A stretch of DNA of 64,000 bases, taken from NCBI RefSeq assembly GCF_006345805.1, contig NC_043003.1, positions 74,090,001 to 74,154,000 of the forward strand, written 5' to 3'. Origin of the DNA: Octopus sinensis (Eukaryota). Position numbers and translations under genes: made by a program. This document shows positions 25,480 through 39,939 of the stretch, piece by piece. Positions within the stretch are counted from its first letter, which is position 1. Every line of letters starts with the position of its first letter. The notes below the pieces were generated by a model that searched no databases, was not told the DNA's origin, and saw only the letters and a program-made list of their open reading frames with translations.

Positions 25480-25655
25480 GTGTGTGTGTGTATTTGTGTT
25501 TATATGTTTATCCCCCCAAAATCACTTGACAACCTATGCTGGTATGTTTACGTCCCCATAATTTAGTGATTCGGCAAAAGTGACCGATACAAAAAGTACT
25601 TGTTTTACAAAGAATAAGTCCTGGGGTTGATTTTTTTTGGAGTTAAATGACTGAA
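25480..25655 (+). mobile_element. 3' half of a family B SINE
   Basis: Reverse-complement homolog of 20905-21100 (cacttgacaacctatgctggt...cggcaaaag...aaagaataagtcctgggg). Confidence 0.7.
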
Positions 25656-26629
25656 AAAAGTCAAAGAATATATATACTTGTTTGTGTGTGTATATGTGTG
25701 TGTGTGTGTTTGTGTGTGTGAGTATTTATACTTAGCAAGTGTTTAGAACGATCCACATAGCCCGGTTTAGGAAGTTAGTAATTCTAGGTGTTTATACAGA
25801 TAGTGCAGGTGGAAAAAGTGGACAATCTGCTTCTAATAAAGTTTATTAACCATCTTAAGTATTGCATTTCGTCCCACATCGAAATCAAGAGAAATATCGG
25901 TAAGTCGACAGTCACCATATTTTCACAGTTTAGCAACCAAATTTGGTAAACCTGCAGATAAAAATCTAAGAATGTAAATAACAGACGCTACAAATATTTC
26001 CTAACTAAAACAATGTTTCTTATATAGCTTGTAACACATAAAACCTGCTTAGCCAATCATTAGTTTGTCTTACCTTAAAATTGTTTACACTGTCTCGTTG
26101 AAATAAGTAGATAAATGATTCATCAGTCTAGAAACAGCCTACATAACAATATGTGTATTTATTTATTTGTAAATGTACAATTATTTTCGTCTTGTTATAT
26201 AGCCGAAAGTATTCGTCAGTTGTATATGTATCATTCTAGCTTTCTTGTTCTGTTTCCCACCCTTGTTTTCGTTCTTGTGTACAATCGTTTGCTTTTCCCC
26301 GAAGCTGAATGCTTTTAGCTTAACGCACTGCTATTTGTCGGATTCAAGCCGTCTCGAGGATAAATAAATGCGAAACCGCTAGAACGTTCCGAATGGTGAT
26401 GAAATTCGCTGCGAATGGTCCGTGTATATTGTTTTTGTCTAGTTTCCCGTTTGTTATATTATCCTCTATTTTTCCATATGTCGTTGTTTGTCGTGTTCTT
26501 TCTGCCCTACCCAACATTGATATATATATATATACATACTTAGATATGTTTCGACCAAAGATTAGCCCAGGGCATGTCTTACTTAATAGTATCACATGAT
26601 AGGATTATCTAAATCCTTTTATATTACAG

Positions 26630-26870
26630 TTTTGTGGTGTCATGGTCCATTCGAGTAAGGAGTTCTTGTTCTATCCGGGTATAGGTATTTTATCTTGTAT
26701 TCTTTCTCGAAATTTGTCAAGATTCCGTTTAAAGGTAATGAGATCCTCTTCCTCACTGATATGTGTCGGGACAATGTTAAATAGGGCAGGGCCTGTTGAG
26801 GAAACGAATTTGTGTTGCAGTGTATATATGACTTGTGATCCCTGAATTGGGTAGGAGACTTATAGTCCGT
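26630..26870 (-). pseudogene. 3' coding end of a CR1/L2-type LINE
   Basis: The minus strand reads TGPALFNIVPTHI...ITFKRNLDKF...IQDKIPIPG*NKNSLLEW, matching the GPxLFNxLP...FKxxLDxF...PG...NSLxxW C-terminal pattern. Confidence 0.6.
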
Positions 26871-27064
26871 GGTCTTAGCCTTGGATGAATTTTCATGCTA
26901 ACGTTCAGGTCGTTTCGGCAATACTGGTGGTATATTCTACACATCGAGCAAATGATGTATCGCTCACGGTGGCTTTGGAAAGATTGGAGTGTATGTATAT
27001 ACATGTGTGTGCGAGTGTGCGCGCGCGCGCGTGAGTGTGTGTGTGAGGCACCATCTTAAATTTG

Positions 27065-27800
27065 TATTTACCAAAATTATATAAAAAGTATCTTGAAATT
27101 TATTTTTAAAAATCACCATTGGATTCAACCACGGCTTCCAGACGACTTCGGAATATCCTGCAAATCCTCTGAACGGTCTCCTTGTTGAAGTTGGTGAATA
27201 TTTGCCTTCAGTTCATATTTGGTATTACAAGTAGTTTTGTTGGTTTTCGTGCAGCTGCACCCCACACATAATAATCAAGGAAATTGCAGTATGGGTGGTT
27301 AGGTGTCGAGATATTCAGGGTGATGTGGTCGCAAAAGTTGTCTGGCAGCCATGACTGGGTCCTCTTGCTTAGGTGACATAGGGTCGCCCATCAGCCACCT
27401 CTTGACCCAGAGCAGCATTATTTCCTCCAGGCACTTTATGTAGGCCTACGTATTGAATGTGAGGCCGTGTGAGATGAAAGAGTGGAGGCATAACGTCACC
27501 TCACCGGTGATCACTTCAAACACCATGGTGTTTGATTTTATCACTCTCGGTACACGTTCCCAGATTCCGCTGTCCTTAAATACAAACTCTGAAATGTTTG
27601 TATTAGAGTTTCCAGTTCGAATGTCAAGCAGTACACAAAGCCGTTTTCAAATTTCTGGCAGAATGAAGTGCTGTTTTTCTTACAGACGGCGCCCAACTAA
27701 CCCAACTATAAAGTGTAGTCAACAAAATAAAAAAAAAAACGATGCTCATACGCGAAATTACAAATATAAAATGGTGGGAATTCACCCGTCGCACTCTGTA
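27065..27800 (-). mobile_element. maT/DD37D-like Tc1/mariner element, internally deleted
   Basis: The minus strand begins TATACAGAGTGCGACGGGTGAATT and carries MVFEVI..., AYIKCLEE and the DYYVWG region. Homologous to 58805-59535. Confidence 0.75.
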
Positions 27801-27920
27801 TATGTATGTGTATATATACAAAGTTAGGGGTTATGGGTGCAACCAACTAAGGGATAGTACATATGTGTAAGTGTGTGTGTGCGTGCGTGTGCGTGTTTGT
27901 TTGTGTGTGTGTGTGTGTGT

Positions 27921-28219
27921 GAGGCGCAATGTCCCGGTGGTTAGGGAAGCGGACTCGCTGTCGTAAGATCACGGTTTCGATTCCCAGACCGGGCGTTGTG
28001 AGTGTTTATTGAGCGAAAACTCCTAAAGCTCCACGTGGTTCCGGCGGGAGGTGGTGGCGATCCCTGCTGTACCCGTTCGCCACAACTTTCTCTGAATCTT
28101 TCATCTGTTGGCCTGCTCGCTTAGCCAGCGGATAGGCGTCATTTGAAGGCTAAATCAACGCGCAGTGCATTGTGACCAGCGATGTGTCGCAACATTTTCT
28201 AGCTTGGTCGGTCACGGTG
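27921..28219 (+). mobile_element. tRNA-derived SINE (family A variant)
   Basis: Head and ttgtgagtgtttattgagcgaaaac body shared with 903-1255; the 3' part diverges. Confidence 0.8.
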
Positions 28220-28227
28220 TTCCAAGT

Positions 28228-28375
28228 GGTGAAGGAGCGTGGATCAGTGGCTAGGGCATTCTGCTCACGATCGTAAGGTCTTAAGTTCAATTCCCGCCGG
28301 CGCGATGTCCTCGAGCACGAGACTTTATTTCACATTGCTCCAGTCCACTCCGCTAGCAAAAATGAGTAGTACCTG
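28228..28375 (+). mobile_element. tRNA-derived SINE (family C), truncated
   Basis: A-box TGGATCAGTGG, B-box-like GTTCAATTCC; central domain shared with 25105-25420. Confidence 0.7.
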
Positions 28376-28384
28376 TATACCATA

Positions 28385-28950
28385 GGTGATATGCCAGCCC
28401 AGACTATCGTGAAAATTCAGAAAGCCTTTAGAGATGATGCTAATGGAAAAACAAATAAAGGAGAGTTAAGACCGCTATAAAAATGTCCGCACTTCAGTGA
28501 ACAGTGAGCCGTGTTGTGGCAGACCATCGACTAGTAGAGACGACCAAATGACCGCAAAGGTTCGAAAAGTGATTGTTTGCAAGGTTCGAATTAGTCAGTT
28601 TAGTCAGTTCAATCCGCGCACGTCGTCCAAGTATTCCTCGTCAAACAAAGCACACCACTTTTTCGTCAGTCTTCGTGCTCCTCCGATTTGGCACCGTGTG
28701 ATTCTTAGTTATCACCCATGCTAAAAAAAAAAACACAAAATCACCCAAACGGAGAAGATTTGTGTCAACAGAGAACGTTAAGCACGCTTCGACGGCACAT
28801 CACTACAGCATTCCAAAACGTGATTTCCAGCAGTGGTAGTGTTGGAAGCAGAAATGACTCCCAAGGTGAATACTTTGAAGGAGATAAAATGAAAATGGTG
28901 AGTTTCTTTTTTTAATATTACTTGTTTTCGGCCAAAGGTCGGATACTTTT
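28385..28950 (+). mobile_element. Mariner relic, internally deleted, with 3' TIR
   Basis: KIQKAFRDD...TSVNSEPCCGRPSTS (HTH/GRPS) and SQGEYFEGD C-terminus; ends ggtcggatactttttgactacccctct-TA. Confidence 0.8.
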
Positions 28951-30250
28951 TGACTACCCCTCTTATACTATATTGATGCCTTATAAGGCACACTTTTCCT
29001 TTGAAAATGCAATGTCCCCTGAAAATCAGCAAGCGTAACATATGACGAGTTGTGCTTACCATATTTTTCAATGTTCTAAAATCGTGATTCCTGAATATTT
29101 ACTGAAATTGGTGCGTCATATATGCCCTTACATTTTTATTTATCAATTACGGGAAGGCAAGCTTCAACTAATCACTGAGTATAACGTTTTCTATAACTCG
29201 CATTGATCAACGTCTCCATAAATAAAAAAAAATGTTATAGTATATTGGCTTTGCTTTAAGGTTTTCAACTTTAAGCGTTCAATGCAAAATATAGGCATAT
29301 AACAGTGACTAGATACGTGTCGATTAATGTCCCTCCGTTTAGTAAGAATTTGAAATTATATAACAGAAACCCATATATCCGCAGTTGTTTAGCCTTCGAT
29401 TTTGTATTGAGCAGTGATATTTGAATCTCCGAAAAGATCAATCATTTAAGCGGTGTAAAGTTTGTGAATATATTAATGAAAGCAAATTATTTACTAAGTT
29501 ACAAGTAAGAATTGGCTGAAGCTTCTTCATCAAAACATTTTCAGTACGATAAACCGCGATAAAGCCGTGAGCAACAAGCTTACGTGACAGAATTAACACA
29601 AAATTTCGAATTAGTAAATATCTGCCTATGAAAGACGCTACGGAATTTGCACAATGTTGGTTATGACGATGGTGATGATTACATGTTATTCATGAAAGGA
29701 ATGAAATAATAACGAGGAAAATTTAAAATAGCAAATGATTTTGTGACTTAGGTATAAGATTAGGTACAGAGTGAATATAGTTAGTCACATCTGAACGAGT
29801 AATGAAATTGAGCTGACCAATAAACAATATAGTGTTACGGGCAACAACTTCTGTAAAAGATGGAGCGTCCATGGCTGTAATTTTGGATCATGTGTAAGAA
29901 CTCACCAGGTGAGATACAAATTTTTTTTGTAAAATTAATATTGTGCTGCAAGAAATTAAATCCTGTTGAGGTACCATGAAAGATAATTAAATGCACTTTT
30001 AAAAACCTAATATTGGATGACTAACCCATGCAAAAAAGGACGTCAGGTTTTTACAGAGTCACGAAAAAGCTACAGGACTACATCTAATTAGTTTCAGCTA
30101 AAGGAAAGTGTTCCAGAAAACTATTCACTACAGATTCTATAAACACACACACACATACACACACATACACACGCACACACAAATACTGACGGACACACAT
30201 ATATATTATATTGTTATATATACATATATACACATATATAACGTATACAT

Positions 30251-30283
<33 letters not shown>

Positions 30284-30676
30284 CGTATTTATGTGATATG
30301 CATAAATGTAGTGTATACACAATCATTTGAATACAATGCAGACTTGATCAGAATATAATTACAATAAAATAGTAGTACAGGCACAAATATTTATATACTT
30401 TTACACCCATAGCAAATAACATCTCTTCTACAATGTCATGCACGGGCAGAAACAGGCGAACGCGCGCCTACACATACACACAGAAACACACGCACACGCA
30501 AACACACATATTCACACACAACAAAGTTCTAGTCAGCAGAAACATTCTCACCTGAAGGTGTGTGTAGAACAAGTATTAAAAGATACATAAAGACATGCGA
30601 GAGAGAAAGAGATAAATACGTTCAGTTTAGCTGGAATATACGTACAGAATTGCTTGGAAACATAGAAATACACCAC

Positions 30677-30775
<99 letters not shown>

Positions 30776-30955
30776 AACTTATATATGCATATGTATGTAT
30801 ATATTTATATGTATATATATATAAATATGCATGTATATGTGTTTTTATATATTATATATATGTATATGTTTTTCTGTGTGTATGAACCGATAGATGGATG
30901 TGCATGAGAGCACACGCGTGTATTTCAATATAGGTGTATAATTGTATGCATATAT

Positions 30956-31020
<65 letters not shown>

Positions 31021-31936
31021 ATATATAGCAATATATATATATATATATATAGCAATATATATATATATATATATATATACACTCACACATACACACATAT
31101 ATTTACTTAAAATTACATATTTACTTGTATGTATACTCACACATTCACGCATGTATGCTACTGATCATTCACCAACAATGAGTCAAGTATATTTAGTATT
31201 AACCGCCTGCAGTCACAGACAAGCATTTTCTGAATATATTTAAGCAAGGAGAGACACGAACGCACGCAGATAGACACACGCAGGGGCACATAGTAACGCA
31301 CTGAAGAATCAAGTGGCCTACAGCCTTGCATATTCACATATTAGAGACACATTACGTCATTCACACACAGATATTATTTTTCAGTATTCACGAAAACCTC
31401 TCTTGAACTAACACATTGACGTTTGCTCTAAGCCGTAAATAAAAATTTAATTAAAATTTCTCCACAGTCTATACAGATTTTTCAAGTAAATTCAATTTTC
31501 GAAAATTGCTTTTTTTTATTGATTTTTGTTTGGCATAGAAATAATTTATCCTATATCCAGGAAGGCTTCTTCGAATCTAATATATTCAAATTAGTCATGA
31601 TATTGATAAACTATATAATGGCAAGAATAATTAAAATGGCTTGTGTCTTATTTATTTAAGTATTTGATTATTTATTTCGTTTTACATTTTTTTTGTTTAG
31701 GTTTCATATCGTGCTTTTCTTTTTATAATTATATTTTAAGATGTTTGTAACTTTATATTATGGAAAGTCTATTATAAATCATGCAAGGTGGTTTAATTTA
31801 CAATTTGAATTAAACGAGTATTGTCTGTGCTCTACTATGAATACACACACAACCATACGTATACACTTGAATACACAAACGTACAATCACATGCATCCAG
31901 GGAAATACCGTATGATTGTATGTATATAAATGCATA

Positions 31937-31981
<45 letters not shown>

Positions 31982-32607
31982 TACGTATGTGTGTACACAT
32001 CTAGAACATATACGTATATATCTTATACAAATTTCGATATAAACGCATTACGTATGTACATATACATATATTATAAACACATATATACATACATACATAT
32101 ATATATGCATATATGTTCTTATATAAGCATATGCCATATAAATATACTGACATACATATATCTATATATGAATATAATCAAAGAAGAATACTAATTTTCT
32201 CTTTATAACAGTAAGTTTAAATACCTTCCTTTGCCACAACGACGTTATAGGTTAATATATATGTACGTGTCAGCTGGTGTTTCTTCTATTTTTAATTACA
32301 TAATTATTGAATGAAGTTCAAGTCTGCCAGACTAAGTATTCATTTTCCTCATGATGTTTCATTGATTTATAAGTTTTTAAGTATTCACTCGCAGCACTTA
32401 AACATTGGTAGACCACTAAATGACAGCACCATGATCTGAATAGTAAGTGACATGTTTCTACCCTTCAGATAAAAGGTTCTGTTATATGTAAAAGAAAGGA
32501 ATTCTTTATCCACTAATATACACGTATATGTACTTACATATATATGCGTATATACGCACGTGTACGCACACGCATACTCACACACTCACACACACACACA
32601 CACACGC

Positions 32608-32648
<41 letters not shown>

Positions 32649-34586
32649 ATATATAAAAATTTACACATGTACATATATATACATAGATATATGTATAGAG
32701 AAATATACACGTAAATGTAAGTAATTATGTACATGTACATAAATATGTATAAAATGTGAAAACGTAGTCGTAGTTATACATGCATGCATGTTCATATTTA
32801 TCTCTAACCATGCGTATATTGTGTTTCTATCTGCATGATTGTATATATGTATGTGTATGAATGCACACTATGGGCACTTACATACTTAATACACATTTTA
32901 AAGGTTACAGCGAATTTACGCTTTACATTTAGTTTGAGGTAATGACTTTGCTACGTCTTTAGTTAGAATAAACTATTTGTTAGCACTACAATTTTACTTG
33001 CAAATGAACAACCAAAATGAAATGAATATCGGTGTCAGGCATCCGAATAGTAACACACAACGCAAATCATGATAAAGTATCGCACGTAAAGAGATATAAT
33101 AGAATCAACCTGGATTTGCCAGAATAATATCTTTTCAATTGTGTATTGCGAAAATTAATTTGTGAAAGTCTGGAAACGCCATACAATAGGATTCAGAAAA
33201 AAGATTTTGTCCCAAACCAAACAGTACAAATAAAGGAAATGGAAGAAAACAGCAGGAAAAAGAATTTTCTGCATAACTGTGTTTTAAATATTTATGCACA
33301 CACACGAGAATTTGTCTCCGAACTCGGGTTTCACGCCACTGTGAAATTTAGGCGTTTTGTACTTGTTTCAATTTATATGAAATGATTCAAGTATTCATTT
33401 GAATCATTAACATCATATATGTTCAAATCTTCTGGATTGGCTTGTACTCATATAACCATAGACATGTGCAGTGTTATCTATTTCAAAAAATTGATGTAGA
33501 ACTTTATGTGAAATAAAATAAGTTCGAGTAAATGATTCGTGGTCTGCTAATCATATGTAACAACTACGTATTTAAAGCAATTCGGTTTTTGTGTACTCGT
33601 GCTAACATACTTTAAATCCATTAAGAAATCGAAATATTTATTAATATATTGGACTATATTTCGTTCGGCTGATTCCTTATATAATGAAGAAATCTTTACT
33701 GTTGACACACCTAAGCTGTATATATTACCACCGTTTGAAATAAATCTAGCTATACGTTTTCGCATAAGCCATACCTTATTAGAATCAGATATTTTATGTT
33801 ATATTTTGTTGCAGACATACATTAACACATCATAATAATGTTTTAATGCAAAATGCCAAACAAGCTCTTTTAAATTAATTGGTGTCGATGCTATTCGTAC
33901 TTGGAACTGAAATTCGTTATATAAAAATGATACTGATATAAATATAGCAAACACTGGTGCAATTCGATGAATGGGAATCAAGTTTGAATTGCTTGGTGTT
34001 GAAACAAATGCAGTTACGTAGTTTTCAGAAAACTACCTTTCTGAAGATAAAGGTTGCTTTTAGGAAAATCTTGTCCAATGCAAGTGTATGTTTGAATTTA
34101 CGTCTTTGGTATTAGCTATCAGATATTTCAATGTTAGTAAACGCATAGTGACAAATACTTTCAATACATCGTACATTGCTCGTGGATACTCAAATTTTGC
34201 AGTCTTGAACTATGACAACCTCTCTTAATTTCTCTCTTATTTCTGCAAAAGCGTAAAAAGTAGAAAACAAGTGCTACATGATACGTACCTCCAGATAATG
34301 AATTTCAACATGCACTTGATGTTTGATGTCATCATTTGTCTAACGGAAGAGATATTGTACGCACTCGGCTGCTTAGTTTTAGTGGTTGTGCACGAACAAT
34401 CAGAGAAGCCGAAAAAAATAAAATTTTCATTCTGCTATTAATTTATACTGCTGCACATTAGTCAAAGCAACAGAATGTTCCTAGTGAGATGAACTACCAG
34501 AGGCTTCGAAGCAATGAAACATACTCATATTTGAGTCTTTGGGCGCTTTAAGAGAGCAAGATGAGAAAGGAAACGACATATAAGCT

Positions 34587-34729
34587 CTATATTTAAGAGA
34601 TGAGGAAATATGTATGTTATTTACATTATTTACATTTGACAGACATTTCACCTCATCTAGGGTAATTTCGAACCTGTCTTCTCATTCCTAAGGTATTTTT
34701 CGATGTTGTTGTTGTTGTTATTATTATTA

Positions 34730-34788
<59 letters not shown>

Positions 34789-34939
34789 TCACTGCCTGGA
34801 TTCAAACTCGGAATCTTGGGGTTAGTAGCCCGAGCTCTTAACCTCTACACCAGGGCGTATGGCGTAGTGGTTAAACCTTGGTCAACTAACCCCAAGATTC
34901 TGTGTTCGATTTCAGACGGTGACTTGAATAATAATAATA

Positions 34940-34998
<59 letters not shown>
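34587..34998. mobile_element. Composite palindromic tRNA-head element: tail (HHR deleted) - (ATT)n - inverted tRNA-like head pair - (AAT)n
   Basis: Arms 34783-34852 (minus) and 34859-34928 (plus) are inverted homologs, each with A- and B-box. The left tail matches the reverse complement of 59940-60101. Confidence 0.8.
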
Positions 34999-35000
<2 letters not shown>

Positions 35001-35342
35001 GTGTCTCTAAAAGAAATGGAGAAACTCTCAAAATACAAAGACCTGGAAATAGAGGTAACTAGAATGTGGAATCTGAAAACAGAAACAATTCCTATCATAG
35101 TAGGTGCATTAGGCATGATAAAAAAATATTCAGACAAATACATAACAAAAACACCAGGACTTACAAACACATATAACATACAGAAAATTGCACTACTAGG
35201 CACTGCACACATCCTACGCAGAACGCTTTCGATACAATAACCATCAGAGCATCACAACAAATCACAGCACATACCCAAGGAACACAGAGCTGCGCTCGGT
35301 AGTGAAGTGAAAGAACGCTATAAAAATAAAACTACTGAATAA
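34999..35342 (+). mobile_element. 5'-truncated R4/Dong-like non-LTR element (RLE C-terminus + 3' UTR) inserted in (AAT)n
   Basis: SLKEMEKLSKYKDLEIEVTRMWNLKTETIPIIVGALG...KIALLGTAHILRRTL; (AAT)n on both sides. Confidence 0.85.
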
Positions 35343-35354
35343 TAAAAATAATAA

Positions 35355-35481
35355 TGAGAAGCAGAAGAAGAAGAAGAAGAGAAGAAGAAGAAGAAGAAGA
35401 AGAGAAGAAGAAGAAGAAGAAGGAAGAAGAGAAGAAGAAGAAGAAGAAGAAGAGAAGAAGAAGAAGAAGAAGAAGAAGAAG
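35355..35481. repeat. (AAG)n microsatellite
   Basis: Direct observation. Confidence 0.9.
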
Positions 35482-36909
35482 ATATATTAAATATTCACAT
35501 CTCACATATATGATGCCAGTCACGAGATTTTCCCACAACACAATCTCACCTACTTCAGCCAGAACAAAAGTGCCCAACGATAACAGAAACTATAGCAACC
35601 ACAGCAACAGAATCGACGCAACAAAAGTGGCACAGAAACGCTAACGGCTTCGATTGTGTGCATGTGTGTGAGTGTATGTGTGTGTGTGTGTGTGTGTGTG
35701 CGTGTGTGTGTATGCGTGTGTGTGTATGTGCGCGTAAATGTTTGTTTATTGCTTCTAAAATAATTTAATAACACTGTAATGAATTTTCGTTAAGGCATTG
35801 CATGCACTGGCGTATTCATTGATAACCGGCAGTAAAAGCTTTGTTGTGTGGTCTATAAAAAGACATAAGTGGAAACATCAAATAAATATATTTTCAATTA
35901 GAAATATGCTGTCTTGTGTTTCTGGCAATTCGTTTCATCTCGACCCCTATTTGACAGTAATCGATAACCTAAATACTGATTTAGATAGAAATAAACGTTC
36001 AAGGTTATAGTTTTACTTACACCGTAATAAACCTAGATTTACAAGATGTAGACTACATATAACACATTAGATCAATCAGTTGAATATGTACTGTAAATAG
36101 AGTCAAGCTAACGCAAATCACATCAGAATTCAGGGAAAACATTCTGCATACATCGATGAATTATTACAATATGTATTATATGCAAGCTGAACACGGTAGC
36201 TAATCGACGTTAACATTCCATATCTATAGTCGTATAAATGAAAATACAGATACCTTTCTTGGAAGAAAATAACTGCGGGTAAGAATGAAGTGGTCATGTT
36301 TAAAACAACTTATATTTTATTAACACGTAGTATCCTCTAGTACCCAGCTTTCGTAAGGTAGCACAAGACGCAGAGAATCAGAAAAATATACGAAATCTGA
36401 TTTCAGTTATAACACAAGCCTGTTCTACATACTGTATTTCAAACAAAGATTGAGAGGTTGATCTATTACTTGATAGAAGGGCAGGAGTCAATAAACAAAA
36501 CAATAAATAGGTACTTTTCTTCAGAGATGTAGTTAACAGCATTCTAAGTATACATATAAATCTCTTTCAGTTCATCCTATTACTCTTTACATTTCCACAT
36601 AAGATATTACTTATAATATTTTAGTATTCAATTGGAAATTGCTTATAGTATTGTTCATGAATATACTGTGTATGTATGTTCACACATACACGTACATACA
36701 AACATACATGTATGTATGTGTGCATGCCTGTATATAATTTTAACATAACACCCACACACACGTGCATACACATAACTGCATTCATATTTAGTGCAAACGT
36801 ATACATATAATATACAGACACATATTGTGTATAATTTTATGCATATATGATTTTCTATATTTGAGTCTGTGTCGTGTATATGCAGTCCACTTGATTGTGT
36901 ATGTGCGTG

Positions 36910-36959
<50 letters not shown>

Positions 36960-37739
36960 TGTGTGTGTATATCTTTGTTTGTGTGTGTGTGTGTGTGTGT
37001 TTATGGAAGTGTGTATGTATGTATGTATGTACAATTTGTATTCCTGTTTTCCGTTTACATTCTGTTCACCTTTCAGAAACAGAAGTGAAGAGTGTAAAAA
37101 ATGTTTCCTTTAATGTGGTTTTTTTTTTTTTTTTGCATTTTATAGTTGAACTTTAGTAGATTTGAAGAAAATGATGATGATGATGATGATGATGATGATA
37201 ATAAAATTCTGGAAATGTCGGTCCCTTAACAACAGAAGAATGAATATAAATGGATTTGCCTGGGGCCAACGACAAATCGTTTACTTATACTGATTTTTAC
37301 CGCCTTTCTATTTAATGGAATCTTACTATTTGTTTTATCTCCTTAAGTATACACACATTTATATATGAATGTATGTATATATGCATATACATATGCACGT
37401 ATGTATGTATGTGTATAGATAATATATATGTATGTGCGTGTGTGTGTGTATGTGTGTATTATGCAAATGTTCAAATAATGCCGTTTCAAGAAAATTCTAA
37501 GAATAACAATCACGATATTACTGAAGATGTGACTGCATACTGAAAGTGGATTTAAATCTCTTATGATGACCAAGACGTCATGTTTCACCTAACGGCTTCT
37601 ACAACCGAGTTGACTGAGCATCCCGCTAAATGTAATTTCAAATTCTACGCTCTTAATTTGAATTCTCAGTCCCTCTCTCACTCACTCTCACTCTCTCTCC
37701 CTCTCTCTCTCCCTACGTCTTTCTGTCAGTCTCCATGTA

Positions 37740-38296
<557 letters not shown>

Positions 38297-39001
38297 ATAT
38301 ATACATATATTTATATATATATATATATAAATATATATATTTATGCGCTTCTCTCTCTCATTATCTCTCTCTCTCTCTATATATATATATATGTGTATGT
38401 GTGTGCGTGTGTATGTCTGTGTATGTATATATATAGTTATATATATGCATATAAATATATATGTGCGTACACAACATATATATATATGTATATGTGAGTA
38501 TATATATATATATATATATGTCTGTGTATATGTGTATGCATTTACATATACATAACTATATATATAAATATGTGTATACATATATATATATATGTATGTG
38601 TGTGTCAGTGTGTGGGCATGTATGTATGTTTGTATGCACGTTTGTATGCAGACATAGTTGTATATATATTTTTATGTATATGCACGCCTAACTGTATTTC
38701 TGTCTCCTTATCTCTGCGTCAGCTCCTACACATATTTCTCTTTATTCTAAACCAATGTGTGTGTTTGCTTTTCTGAGTGTACCTCTGTGTGTCATATGTA
38801 CCATACTGTTTGTGTGATGCAAAATGATGTTGGCGGTAATTTCGACAAAATTCTCCTACGACTCCCTGTTATTTCCGATAAACATGACTTGAATTAATAA
38901 TGAATGTTTAACACAAGAGAACACAAAAGCCATTATACTGCTGCTACTGCTATTACAACAACATCAATTACTGCTGCTGCTGCTACTACTACTACCACTA
39001 A

Positions 39002-39094
<93 letters not shown>

Positions 39095-39174
39095 TACTGC
39101 TGCTGCTTTTGCACTGATTTTTTGTTATTTCCGGCATTTGTCTCTCTCTCTATATATATAATTATACGTGGCAT

Positions 39175-39228
<54 letters not shown>

Positions 39229-39611
39229 GTATGTATGTATGTAAGTATGTATGTATGTATATATATGTTGTTTTATGTTTGTTTGTGTAACTGTGTGTGT
39301 GCATGTGCGTGCGTATGCCTGTGTACCAAGTTCCCTGTTTTTTTTTCTTTGTTGCCCTACACATTCGCTAGATTTCTTAGAAAAAAATCTAATGCTCTTA
39401 GCTTAGATGTTTTGGGGGGCTTGGGGGGTGTCAACTAAAGGGAACAATCTCAAGTATAACTGCCCGAAACTGTAAGGACATATTGTAACTTGACTGACGG
39501 AAGAAGGTCACGAATGACCCGTTCTCTTGTTTCCTGTCCCCTTTATTGTTGGTTTCGTATCCACCTTTATATCTTCCGTCTATCCGGATGTTTTATTGTC
39601 GTCTCTCTCTG

Positions 39612-39686
<75 letters not shown>

Positions 39687-39939
39687 GCGTGTGTTGCAAA
39701 CAACTTGCACATGCAAGTGCTACCAGTCAAGAACTCTGCATACTGGAAGCCAGTAATTGCATGGAATCATAAGGAAATATTACGCACCGTTTCAGTTCCT
39801 TCCTCTCGACGGCATCCATGGGCACCGACCCCTCCTCATTGATATGAAGCCCCGCTTGCTAGATCAACTGGATATCAAATAAAGCTCAATATTATTCTAC
39901 CCATTGCTTATACATATATATATATATATATATATATAT

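Noticed and set aside
26170-26225. Minus-strand CTGACGA with a downstream GAAA
   Set aside because: The intervening sequence does not pair as stem II and there is no stem I.
28980-29130. Possible pogo/Tigger-type end (ttataaggcacac ... ggtgcgtcatata)
   Set aside because: Only short motif resemblance; no paired TIRs or coding support.
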